A DNA stretch of 64,000 bases, taken from NCBI GenBank assembly GCA_963676835.2, contig CAXXFF010000002.1:224001-288000 (forward strand), given 5' to 3'. The DNA is from Marispirochaeta sp. (GTDB lineage Bacteria; Spirochaetota; Spirochaetia; JC444; Marispirochaetaceae). Positions 1-8,895 of the stretch are shown in pieces (the first letter of the stretch is position 1; each line of letters opens with the position of its first letter). A program made the position numbers and the translations under genes. Below the pieces are notes generated by a model. The model had not been told where the DNA came from and searched no databases. It was given only the letters and a program-made list of their open reading frames with translations.

Positions 1-247
1 TTCAGTGAAAGCGGTAATTGATGATATTCCGCGGAAAAAGCTGGTGGAAGAGGTTCAGCTGGAGCTGCGCTTTGCTTATGGAATGTATGAAAGCATAAAA
101 AAGCAGATAGACCAGCACAAGGCTGCCATTCAACAGGAAGAGTTTACCACTGAGGTTATGATTTGCTGTACAGTGGAAAAGGAAGCGTCGGTTTCCCTGA
201 AACAGACTCTTGTCGAAGCTGCGAAAGGTCAAATCAGTATCAAGTAA
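1..247 (+). CDS. YigZ/IMPACT family protein, C-terminal part (5' end outside window)
   Basis: Ferredoxin-like C-terminus (ELRFAYGMYESIK...EEFTTEV...TLVEAAKGQI) resembling the DUF1949 tail of YigZ. Confidence 0.65.
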   Translation, partial: SVKAVIDDIPRKKLVEEVQLELRFAYGMYESIKKQIDQHKAAIQQEEFTTEVMICCTVEKEASVSLKQTLVEAAKGQISIK

Positions 248-269
248 AGCTAAAAAAAGGAAAAAACTT

Positions 270-743
270 TCAGGTCTCTTTACGGCCTTCCACAGCATCG
301 ATTGCCCGGATCAGCGGGGCATCATCAACAGAATGAAGGATTCCCACACTGGTGCCCCCAGGGTAGTTATTCACATTTCGGGTTATCAGGTACCTGGCTC
401 CAGCTGCTTTCGCGGATGCCAGCTGCAGAGCATCCTCGTAATCTTTTACGCCCGGTGCGGAGAGCAGAAACCTGGCCTCCGGTCCCGGCAGATCAACAAT
501 GTCGGTATACTTGAGAAGCTCGTCAATGGCAGCCAGGCTGACCGCATGCTTATTCCGCGCTCCCTTTAAGGCACTGTTAGCAAAGATATAATGCACATTG
601 GCTACCGCCAGGGGAGAGGTAATCAGCTGGATATAATTGCTCTCTTCTCCCAGCAGGAAAATTGAGTCGGAATAGGCGACATACTCTTCCCGGCCAAGCA
701 GACTGTCCAGCATTACATCACAGTCGAGAAAGAGTTTAATCAA
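270..743 (-). CDS. PIN-domain toxin (VapC-like, PIN_3 type)
   Basis: N-terminal LFLDCDVMLD, plus DYEDALQ and LITRN motifs; overlaps the upstream small ORF by 8 nt. Confidence 0.85.
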   Translation of the reverse strand: MIKLFLDCDVMLDSLLGREEYVAYSDSIFLLGEESNYIQLITSPLAVANVHYIFANSALKGARNKHAVSLAAIDELLKYTDIVDLPGPEARFLLSAPGVKDYEDALQLASAKAAGARYLITRNVNNYPGGTSVGILHSVDDAPLIRAIDAVEGRKET

Positions 744-984
744 TATACTTTTCCTTCAGGTAGCGGTATTTCGGATCATCCGAATCATCCACAAGCTCTA
801 TCTCCGGCAGCCGTTCCCGCAGAAGATCGAGGCGGTTTTTTACCTTTGTTTCACCTTCCTCGAAATCACGGAGATAGGAAAAGATTTTCTCCACCACCGC
901 AGACACATTAGTTCCGTGGGATTTCGCATAATGCCGGGCGTATTCCTTGATATCGTCCCGGAGGGAGAGGTTCATGCTTTGCAT
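736..984 (-). CDS. DUF6364-like ribbon-helix-helix antitoxin
   Basis: 82 aa; MNLSL..IKEYARHYAK..GTNVSAVVE RHH pattern, ends YLKEKYID; directly upstream of the PIN gene; SD AGGAG at 994-998. Confidence 0.75.
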   Translation of the reverse strand: MQSMNLSLRDDIKEYARHYAKSHGTNVSAVVEKIFSYLRDFEEGETKVKNRLDLLRERLPEIELVDDSDDPKYRYLKEKYID

Positions 985-996
985 TTCAGGATACTC

Positions 997-1035
997 CTAT
1001 GTGCATAATTTATCGCCGCTTATGCGCATAGTCAA
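997..1035 (-). promoter_or_regulatory. sigma70 promoter of the TA operon with two palindromic operators
   Basis: TTGACT (1035-1030)-17-TAAATT (1012-1007); palindromes TATGTGCATA (998-1007) and TATGCGCATA (1021-1030). Confidence 0.7.
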
Positions 1036-1142
1036 GCCGACGCATCAATGGTTACTACTCATGGAGAGAAATCTTTAGCCCTCAATACAGTAGTAACAGG
1101 TTCAATTTGTCGGAATATTATAGCTTCTGTAAATAAAGGGAT

Positions 1143-1901
1143 TTAAGGAACTAATGAATATCCAAGAGTCAGGGAATTGTCACCACTATTAATAAAAATA
1201 TTAGGTGTGACAGCATTAACGGGGAGAAAACTCGCATAATCGCCCGAATCGGGGGTACCGTTACCATTCATATCCAGATAGGCGAAATAGGTAAAAGTGG
1301 CATTTGAGAGAAAAAAACAAAGCTCGCCAACTTCCGCGGAGTTATTGAGCATTGTAGTTATACTGGGAATCCATGCAGTACAGTCAAAAGTTCCGGACCC
1401 ACTCTGAAACTGAACATAAAGCGGCTGGGTTTCAGAAGGGCGTACTGGAAGATTTGTGGACCAATTGACCCATAGGCGAAAATCTGGACCAAGAGGATAA
1501 GAATAATCAAAACTATTTACTATGCCTTTTATCTCTACACTCTCACCAGACTCTGGCTTAACCTGAAACACCGGCATAATCTGATCGCCTGCCAGGATAG
1601 TCCCTGAGGCATCACTATCTTCTAGGATATAAATATAGTACATGCCGTTTTCTTCACCTGCAGGAACATCGAGTAAAACCACATCTTTGGTTATGTTAAT
1701 AGTTGGTGCAGCAGGAAAGATAACTGTCTGTAAATCAATAGAGTTGCTGTAAGTGGGAGTAAAGAAGTTAGAAGACAATGTAATATAAACTTCATCGCTA
1801 CCAGTTGTATTGGTAAAATCTTTTAAAACTATGCTTGTCCGCTCCTCCTCACATGCTGCCAACAGACAAAATGAAAGGAGAATGAGTACCCACTTTTTCA
1901 T
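1143..1901 (-). CDS. Lipoprotein with two similar beta-rich domains carrying DxD/NxxG-type loops
   Basis: Lipobox LLAAC; YILEDSDASGTILAGD and FAYLDMNGNGTPDSGD motifs; AT-rich. Confidence 0.7.
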   Translation of the reverse strand: MKKWVLILLSFCLLAACEEERTSIVLKDFTNTTGSDEVYITLSSNFFTPTYSNSIDLQTVIFPAAPTINITKDVVLLDVPAGEENGMYYIYILEDSDASGTILAGDQIMPVFQVKPESGESVEIKGIVNSFDYSYPLGPDFRLWVNWSTNLPVRPSETQPLYVQFQSGSGTFDCTAWIPSITTMLNNSAEVGELCFFLSNATFTYFAYLDMNGNGTPDSGDYASFLPVNAVTPNIFINSGDNSLTLGYSLVP

Positions 1902-2938
1902 TCCCGGGCCTCCTCAATATATGCGGCTGGGAGGCTGTAAATTCCATAAACCCTGTCCCCATCCTTCTCATTGGAAGAATAGAGAAACACAAGTTCCCGT
2001 TCAGTGGAGGAACGAAAACCAAGCAACCGCATATTTTCAAGTTCATGGCTTTTTATTAAACCACCATTCTGATTGAAAATCTTCAGCACATTGCCATCCA
2101 TACCTACAAAGCGGGTACGGCTTACAAAATAAAAATCGCCGTCTGCATCTATGTCCGTCCATGTGAAATCAGGGACCGTGGCATCTACATTTACAAGAAC
2201 ATTTTTTCTTTCTCCCGTAAGTCCATCTGTACGGGAAAGAATGAATTTATGCCTGCTATCTATCGACGCAGTATAGGAAGGAGCAAACGCTGGAACATCT
2301 ACCGATATAGAGCCCCAAATAGAGGTCGCCTCGGGATAGACCATTGCAGTAACAGTCGACAGAGGGAGTGTTGACGTCGGAATAACAGAATTTGGCGGAT
2401 CATCAAGAAAGATGCCGGCCGAATAGTCTACGCTTGAAGCATCTAATGTAAACCCGTCTCCGGGATTCCCTGCAAAAGCTAAATCACCGTACACATAGAG
2501 AGTTGATTCTGATACAACTGAGTTTGTCGTAACAGAATCCTTAAAAACAGACCATACTTTGTTGGGAAGATCAGCCCAGTCCAACTCCATGAATTCTGCG
2601 GGAGCAGAACCATAGATCTGTACAAACCATCCCTGTTCATCCAGTGAAATAATCTTACGAGAATCTGACAAACTAAAGATCGACCAATAAGTATCGCCAT
2701 CACAATAATAAAGTTGATTCATCATGCTCCATTGGCTATAAGCATAAAAATATAAACCCGTGGAATCAGAATTGTCCGGGACTGCCCAGTGAAGATCATA
2801 TTCTGGAACAAACTCATCTGTCTTTAGTGTTCCCTCATACTCAAAAGGCAGCTCAAGAAAAGCAGCCTCCTCCAGATAGGAAGGCACACAGGAGAAGAGC
2901 ATGGGTAGAAACAGTGTCAGCAGTACAAACTTTCTCAT
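1898..2938 (-). CDS. Hypothetical beta-rich lipoprotein
   Basis: Start reassigned to ATG 2938 (MRKFVLLTLFLPMLFSC lipobox); ATGA overlap with the upstream gene's stop. Confidence 0.7.
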   Translation of the reverse strand: MRKFVLLTLFLPMLFSCVPSYLEEAAFLELPFEYEGTLKTDEFVPEYDLHWAVPDNSDSTGLYFYAYSQWSMMNQLYYCDGDTYWSIFSLSDSRKIISLDEQGWFVQIYGSAPAEFMELDWADLPNKVWSVFKDSVTTNSVVSESTLYVYGDLAFAGNPGDGFTLDASSVDYSAGIFLDDPPNSVIPTSTLPLSTVTAMVYPEATSIWGSISVDVPAFAPSYTASIDSRHKFILSRTDGLTGERKNVLVNVDATVPDFTWTDIDADGDFYFVSRTRFVGMDGNVLKIFNQNGGLIKSHELENMRLLGFRSSTERELVFLYSSNEKDGDRVYGIYSLPAAYIEEARE

Positions 2939-4170
2939 AATTCCCAGCGCACTCCTATGTTCAGGGGGCCCGCATACTGCACATGCCAATGGTCAAAAAG
3001 ATGAGCCGGCAGGGGATAGTCGGAGACAAAATAGTCCTCAAATGGTGCGTCATAAAAAGAGCTGTAGAAAAACCGGGGTGTATACTCACAGATAATACTG
3101 AAGCTTTCACCCTTAAAGGGGTCAAACTCAAAGCCTAGGGGTAAATCGATACCCCAGGTAACGGTCTTCGACAGATAAAGAGCCTCTTCTTCTCCAAAAA
3201 CAAACCGCGTAAAGGCTCCGAAGCCCATATAGGGGCGAAACAGATAGTCCGCAGGCAGGCCATAGGATGCAAGCCCTATTACCGGCTGAATAAAACCGCG
3301 CTGGGCATCGCTGTAAAAGGTGAACAGGTTCTTCAGGCTGATAATGTTCTGTTCCAGGTCGGCATAGAAGTAGATCTCTTCATCCTGCAGGTATTTGATG
3401 TAGCCGGGAATAACGCCGAACTCCCAGAGCCGGCCTTTTATTTCGAGAGCCCAGGAGGCATAGGGGGTAAGCTCCGGAATCCGGGTTTCATCCTCATCTC
3501 CAACAAGCATCTCTCCGCTTTCAGGAATGTAGCCCGGAGCTTCAAGCCGGTAGGGAAGAAGGGCTCCGGGAATTGCCTTTACCAGGATTTCCTCATCACT
3601 GCCTTCAGCTCCCGCCCCGAGTACACCGCTCTTAAGAATCAGTCTGGAGCCTTCCGGCACTATCAGTGTAATGGTAACCGGTTGAGCTTCCATCACCGGG
3701 GGAGTAAAAACAAGCTCCTCTTTCCCGGCTTCCTGCACAGCTGCGGCCACCGTACTGTCCAGAGGTGGAAATCCCTGTACAACTGCACGAATTACCTTCG
3801 GCAGAAAGTCGGTGCTCATCTCTTCAAGACTGAATTCCTGAAAAATCCAGGTTTCAGTAAAAACCTCTTCATCGGTAAAACGGTCAATTCCCCGTACCCA
3901 GAGACTGGAGCGGGAACCGAATTCAAGCAGCCCTGTATAGAGGATGGCGTCGCTCTCCTCCTGACTGCCGGTATAGAAAACTGCATCGCTGTTAACCAGT
4001 TCCGTTGCAATACTCGCAGCAAGCAGCCTTACCCAGGGCTGCTCCTCTTCCCAGGTAACTGCAACAGTGCGTTTTACTTTTTCAGGGACGGAAGTCCCCT
4101 CCTGAGCGTTGAGAGAGATAATTATAAGAAGGAAAAAAAGAGGGAGCGTAAGGCGTCTAATCATACTCAT
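2935..4170 (-). CDS. Secreted protein: N-terminal alpha/beta domain + PEGA-like domain + probable C-terminal beta-barrel
   Basis: Signal peptide; PEGA-like YRLEAPGYIP; alternating aromatic/hydrophobic strands ending NIGVRWEL. Confidence 0.6.
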   Translation of the reverse strand: MSMIRRLTLPLFFLLIIISLNAQEGTSVPEKVKRTVAVTWEEEQPWVRLLAASIATELVNSDAVFYTGSQEESDAILYTGLLEFGSRSSLWVRGIDRFTDEEVFTETWIFQEFSLEEMSTDFLPKVIRAVVQGFPPLDSTVAAAVQEAGKEELVFTPPVMEAQPVTITLIVPEGSRLILKSGVLGAGAEGSDEEILVKAIPGALLPYRLEAPGYIPESGEMLVGDEDETRIPELTPYASWALEIKGRLWEFGVIPGYIKYLQDEEIYFYADLEQNIISLKNLFTFYSDAQRGFIQPVIGLASYGLPADYLFRPYMGFGAFTRFVFGEEEALYLSKTVTWGIDLPLGFEFDPFKGESFSIICEYTPRFFYSSFYDAPFEDYFVSDYPLPAHLFDHWHVQYAGPLNIGVRWEL

Positions 4171-5224
4171 ACCTTGCCACTCCTCCGCGGATACTGGTAA
4201 CCCAGACAGTCATACCGCTTTCGCCCAGTTCCGGGAACTGGTTGTTACCGGGAATATCAGTCTCAAGTTTTCTCTCACCAGATATATAGTCATATATCAC
4301 CATTGTGGTGTTTTCCTGAACATCCGGCATTCGAATAAGCATATACTGATCATTCAGGGACACACGAAAATCCGTATTTATATAATAATACGGGCTAAAT
4401 CCTGCCATATAGTTTTGTTCAAACAGTTCCTGGGTCACTATTCCACCATGATAGGTATTCTGATATGACCCTGAGAGATAATCAAATGCGTATACATCCA
4501 GTATCAGGGGATTAGTTCCCGCCGCAGCGTAACCGGTTTGGATCGCACAGTACGCATAAGAGGCGTTATTTTTAGAGATAAATGAATCAGTTATAATATA
4601 CATTCCGGAGCCTGCAACAGCGGATGTAGAGCCTGTATCAGTATTTGTATCATCATACAAATATGTCGTTGTAAAAGAAGATCCAAAATAATCAATACTC
4701 ATTACAATTTTGTACATATTACTAGAGGAATCGATTAAACGCGCTACCGGGCCCCACGCGCTTGTGTAAGTGGAACTCTCAAGAACAACAGCAGTCCCTG
4801 CGGATTTATTTAGTTTTACTGTATTAGAATATCCAATCCCATTGCCTGTATTCTGAGATTCAATAAGAAATTCTCCTGTAAGCGAATGCACATAGCAGTT
4901 TATGGGGGGCAGCTCATCCTGCCAGTAATCTTCCCAGTAACCAAGATCCTGACTATAGGCATAGAAGGTGTAATCCGAGAGGTTATCCGCATCCATTTCA
5001 AAGACACCACGGGTTCCAAGAACATAAACCTTTCCCTGAAACTCTCTCGGCCGGGAGGCAAGATGCTGATTGAATGAAACCGCATCAGCCAGGTTGCTGT
5101 TGATACCGATTTCGTCCAGCTGGTTGATATAGCCGTCAAAGCCCATATACTCACAGGTGCTCAAAAGCAGGAGCCAAATAAGGGTAATCAATAGAAGAGA
5201 AAGGGGCCGAACTATTTTTTCCAT
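4157..5224 (-). CDS. Hypothetical beta-rich lipoprotein
   Basis: Start reassigned to ATG 5224 (MEKIVRPLSLLLITLIWLLLLSTC); Tyr/Ser/Thr-rich, with an AT-rich core. Confidence 0.7.
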   Translation of the reverse strand: MEKIVRPLSLLLITLIWLLLLSTCEYMGFDGYINQLDEIGINSNLADAVSFNQHLASRPREFQGKVYVLGTRGVFEMDADNLSDYTFYAYSQDLGYWEDYWQDELPPINCYVHSLTGEFLIESQNTGNGIGYSNTVKLNKSAGTAVVLESSTYTSAWGPVARLIDSSSNMYKIVMSIDYFGSSFTTTYLYDDTNTDTGSTSAVAGSGMYIITDSFISKNNASYAYCAIQTGYAAAGTNPLILDVYAFDYLSGSYQNTYHGGIVTQELFEQNYMAGFSPYYYINTDFRVSLNDQYMLIRMPDVQENTTMVIYDYISGERKLETDIPGNNQFPELGESGMTVWVTSIRGGVARYEYD

Positions 5225-6501
5225 GCTATACCCCCGTTTATTAAAACTATACCACTTTCCGCCACATTTGCCGGAGTCACATTGGGGTAGTATCCCCGGA
5301 TACCCAAATAGGTGAGCCATGTGGGCCGGTTAATTTCAAAGCGGACCCCGAAACCGCTCATCAGGGCAAGGTAGGTGGCCCACTCCTGATTGGGCATGGT
5401 GTAGGTATTAATCCTTGTATTCAGCTCAAGCTGAAGGCGCAAACCGGTGTCCGCCCTGGTAAGAAAATACCAGCCCAGGTGAGCTCCAGCCTCGGTCTCG
5501 ACCATGGATTCGGAAAAGTCGGGGCTGAAAACCTCTTTATCATCATACTGGGGCAGCAGGTAAAGCCCGGCGGAAGCGCCCAGGGTAAGAGTCTCCTTGA
5601 GCATGCGCAGCCGCCACTCTCCCATCAAGCCGAAGGGTCTCAGGTATGAGAGTGTAATACCCGCATCCTGTTTTTTTACAGGGTAGAGCCGGGGAACCTT
5701 AATGGTAAGGTCCTTCTCCTCAATAAAGGTTTCCACCGTTCTGGTATAGTAGCCGTCTCTTTTCAGGTTGATCCGCAGCAGGGTCTTTACCGGAACCTTC
5801 AGCTCTATTTTTCCGGCAGCCATGGTTCCACCTTCCGAACCGTCGGAAAGAATCAGCACAGTCTGCGGATCCGGCGGAGAGAGAAGAGTAACAGTAACGG
5901 TGCTTGATACAATGTCCTCCCTGCCGGCCGCCTCAACGGCATTCTCCAGGGAATCCTTTGCCAAATCATCCAGAGGCAGCAGCCGGTCTGTTAGAACAGC
6001 CGCGGCACGGGAGGTCAGTTCGGGTATTTTTTCCTTTAGAACAGCAGGATCTATTTTTCCTTGAAAAGTAAGGGAAAAGCGGACATCCCCCCGGGCAAGA
6101 TCGGCGGCATACAATACCAGCCGGGCAAAAACGCCACCTTCCGGGTTTTCCTCAAGAGCGTAGTAGCCGGAAACTACAGCATCCGCTCCCTGGAGGAGCG
6201 CATAAGCCTCGGCACCGTTCAGATTGTATGGATCTTCCGGATAATCTTTGTCTCTCCGGTCAGCAATGCTGCTGCGTCTGCCTAACTCCTCCTTGAGGCT
6301 GCCGGCAAAATCATTGCCAAGCGACTTAAGCGAACTCTCTTCCGCAGCGGGAGAATCTGAGAGCTCAATAAAAGAGGGAGGCAGTATCAGCACCTTTCTC
6401 CGAAAAGGTTCGTCCGCGAAAAGGGCCTGCATACCGGACAGAGCGTAAAGAGTAACAAGAACTGTGAACAGCAGGGTTCTCCGCTGAACAGACAATTTCA
6501 T
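5212..6501 (-). CDS. Secreted protein: TolB-N/CsgG-like alpha/beta domain + PEGA-like domain + probable C-terminal beta-barrel
   Basis: Signal peptide; KVLILPP...GADAVVSGYY; LRINLKRDGYYTRT; ends GGIAWKK; same layout as 2935-4170. Confidence 0.6.
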   Translation of the reverse strand: MKLSVQRRTLLFTVLVTLYALSGMQALFADEPFRRKVLILPPSFIELSDSPAAEESSLKSLGNDFAGSLKEELGRRSSIADRRDKDYPEDPYNLNGAEAYALLQGADAVVSGYYALEENPEGGVFARLVLYAADLARGDVRFSLTFQGKIDPAVLKEKIPELTSRAAAVLTDRLLPLDDLAKDSLENAVEAAGREDIVSSTVTVTLLSPPDPQTVLILSDGSEGGTMAAGKIELKVPVKTLLRINLKRDGYYTRTVETFIEEKDLTIKVPRLYPVKKQDAGITLSYLRPFGLMGEWRLRMLKETLTLGASAGLYLLPQYDDKEVFSPDFSESMVETEAGAHLGWYFLTRADTGLRLQLELNTRINTYTMPNQEWATYLALMSGFGVRFEINRPTWLTYLGIRGYYPNVTPANVAESGIVLINGGIAWKK

Positions 6502-6574
6502 ATCTCCTATTATAATCGGAGAGAGGGCAAGAAAGTAACACCCCCAAACCTATATAAAATGATGGAAAAGAGAG

Positions 6575-6603
6575 TTGAATTAGGCCGATATGGCCGCTAT
6601 ACT
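6575..6603 (+). promoter_or_regulatory. sigma70 promoter for the uORF/CNNM operon
   Basis: TTGAAT (6575-6580)-17 nt-TATACT (6598-6603). Confidence 0.7.
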
Positions 6604-6613
6604 TGGAATAATC

Positions 6614-6685
6614 ATGGATGATGACCCCTACCCTCCGTCGTATACTCTGTATAAACCTATACTATTAGCGGAACACTCATGTTAG
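6614..6685 (+). CDS. Putative 23-aa leader peptide MDDDPYPPSYTLYKPILLAEHSC (MgtL-like)
   Basis: ATG 10 nt after the -10 box; stop TAG 6683-6685 lies just inside the start of the CNNM gene; acidic/Pro-rich N-terminus. Confidence 0.5.
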   Translation: MDDDPYPPSYTLYKPILLAEHSC

Positions 6686-7962
6686 TCAGCATAATCGCCC
6701 TATCGGGGCTTATTCTGCTCTCAGGCTTTTTCTCAGCCACAGAGACGGCCTATACCAGCCTTTCCATGCTGCAGATTCAGCATCTGGTGGAAAATCACGG
6801 GAAAAAAGGCCGCTATGTTAAAGAGCTCTCCAGCAAACCGGATATTCTGCTTACCACAATCCTCATCGGCAACAACCTGGTGAACATCGGGGCCTCCGCC
6901 CTGGCCTCCCAGCTGACCATTGAATTTTTCGGCAGCCAGATGCTTGGAGTTATGACAGGAATACTCACCCTGGTGATCCTTATCTTTTCTGAGGTAACTC
7001 CCAAGCGGATCGCCATAATTCATAACGAAGCCATAGCTCTCCATACAGGGGGGATGGTAAAATTCTTCGCATTTATTCTAGCGCCGATAATCTGGCTTAT
7101 CAGTCTGATCAGCTCATTTATTACCCGTTTTTTCTCCTCCGAAAGAAGGGAAAATGTCTCCATGGAAGGGATTCTGCACATAGTAAATGTTGCGGGAAAC
7201 CTCGGGGTAGTGCAGCAGTATGAACAGGAAATGATAAAAAGCATCTTCCGCCTGGACGATGTTCCCGCCCGGGCAATTATGACCCACCGGACCGAGGTTT
7301 TCAGCCTGGATAAAAGCATGTCCATTACAGAGGCCTTTCCTCAGATGATCGAAGAGGGATTCTCCCGGATACCTGTCTGGGAAAAAGATCCTGAAAAGAT
7401 TGTAGGTGTGGTACTGTTCAAGGATGCCGCCCGGGAGATTACCCAGGGACGGGGTGAAATTATGCTCCAGAGTATTATGCTGGAGCCTCTGTTTATTCCC
7501 ACAAACAAAAAAATATCCGACCTTTACGACCGCTTTAAAAAAGAGAAACTCAACATGGCAATTGTCATGGATGAGTACGGCGGCCTGGCGGGGATTGTCT
7601 CCCAGGAAGATATTATCGAGGAACTATTTGGCGAACTCTACGATGAGAACGAAGAGAAAGGCCGTGAACGGATCCAGCACATAAAAGGAAAACGCTACCG
7701 TATAAAAGGCGATACCTCGCTCAAACAGATAGAGGACTCCCTGGGAATCGATCTTCCCCACGGTAAGTACGTTCAAACCATTTCCGGATATATTGCAGAG
7801 CTGCTTGACCGGCTGCCCCAGCGGAACGAAACGGTGGAGACAGAATGGGGAGAGCTGACCATAGAAGGTATTGTCAGAAACCGTATAACATCACTGCTGC
7901 TTACCCTCAAAAAGCGGCCCCATGCAGCCATACACACGGAAGAACCGCCGCCGGAAAAATAG
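6679..7962 (+). CDS. Hemolysin-family CNNM/CorB Mg2+ transporter (DUF21-CBS-CBS-CorC)
   Basis: FFSATETA, TILIGNNLVN, FSEVTPK, FSRIPV, DEYGGLAGIVSQEDIIEE, C-terminal CorC domain. Confidence 0.92.
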   Translation: MLVSIIALSGLILLSGFFSATETAYTSLSMLQIQHLVENHGKKGRYVKELSSKPDILLTTILIGNNLVNIGASALASQLTIEFFGSQMLGVMTGILTLVILIFSEVTPKRIAIIHNEAIALHTGGMVKFFAFILAPIIWLISLISSFITRFFSSERRENVSMEGILHIVNVAGNLGVVQQYEQEMIKSIFRLDDVPARAIMTHRTEVFSLDKSMSITEAFPQMIEEGFSRIPVWEKDPEKIVGVVLFKDAAREITQGRGEIMLQSIMLEPLFIPTNKKISDLYDRFKKEKLNMAIVMDEYGGLAGIVSQEDIIEELFGELYDENEEKGRERIQHIKGKRYRIKGDTSLKQIEDSLGIDLPHGKYVQTISGYIAELLDRLPQRNETVETEWGELTIEGIVRNRITSLLLTLKKRPHAAIHTEEPPPEK

Positions 7963-8895
7963 ATGAAAAGCGATATCCAGGCCATGAACGGTAAAGATTG
8001 GATACTCCTGCCCCTACTGTCTCTGGTCTGGGGAAGCTCATTCCTGTTTATTGAAATTGCCCTTACCTCTCTACGGCCTTTTACGATAGTTGCCCTGCGC
8101 CTGATACTTGCCACCGGGGCACTTCAACTGTTTATCCGCCTGCGGGGAATAAAGCTGCCTCTGACAATACAGACAATCCCGGCGTTTCTGATCATGGGAT
8201 TTCTCAACAACATTGTACCCTTCAGCTTTATTGTCTCCGGGCAGCAATATATTACCGGAAGCCTGGCATCAATACTCAATGCCTCGACACCTTTTTTTAC
8301 TATTCTTACAGCTCACTTCTTTACGTCTGATGAGAAAATAAAACTGCATAAACTTATCGGCCTCACCCTGGGCTTTGCAGGCGTATTCAGCCTTTTCGGT
8401 ATTACCGGATCGGCCGAAGGATCACACACAATAAGAGGCATGATTTTTATTCTATCTGCAGATTTCTCTTATGCCTGTGCCGTGGTTTTCGGGCGGCGGT
8501 TCAAACGGATGGGACTGGAACCGACTGCTGCAGCCGCAGGGCAGCTTTCAGGTTCCGCCCTGCTGATTATCCCAATTGCCCTCATTGCAGAGCAGCCGTG
8601 GAAGGAAACATTACCCTCTCCGGAAGTCTGGGCCGCAGTAGCAGGTCTGGCACTTCTCTCAACCGCCCTGGCCTATGCCCTCTATTTCCGGATTCTTTCT
8701 TCAAGCGGCGCAACCAGTGTTCAGCTGGTTACCTTTCTGGTGCCGGTAAGCGCGATTCTTCTGGGTTCCCTTATTCTGGGTGAGGCAGTTGAATTGCGTC
8801 ACTTTACCGGCATGATCCTCATAGGCCTTGGTCTTACCGCCGTGGACGGCCGTATGTACCGAAAAAGAATGCCCCTTAAAGATCCGAAAGAGTAA
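7963..8895 (+). CDS. EamA/DMT family transporter
   Basis: WGSSFLFI start, about 10 TM helices, two EamA repeats. Confidence 0.9.
   Translation: MKSDIQAMNGKDWILLPLLSLVWGSSFLFIEIALTSLRPFTIVALRLILATGALQLFIRLRGIKLPLTIQTIPAFLIMGFLNNIVPFSFIVSGQQYITGSLASILNASTPFFTILTAHFFTSDEKIKLHKLIGLTLGFAGVFSLFGITGSAEGSHTIRGMIFILSADFSYACAVVFGRRFKRMGLEPTAAAAGQLSGSALLIIPIALIAEQPWKETLPSPEVWAAVAGLALLSTALAYALYFRILSSSGATSVQLVTFLVPVSAILLGSLILGEAVELRHFTGMILIGLGLTAVDGRMYRKRMPLKDPKE

Noticed and set aside
1051..1097. 9-bp inverted repeat GTTACTACT/AGTAGTAAC as a MITE or terminator
   Set aside because: Short arms, a 29-nt loop, no U-tract or target duplication, and a single copy.
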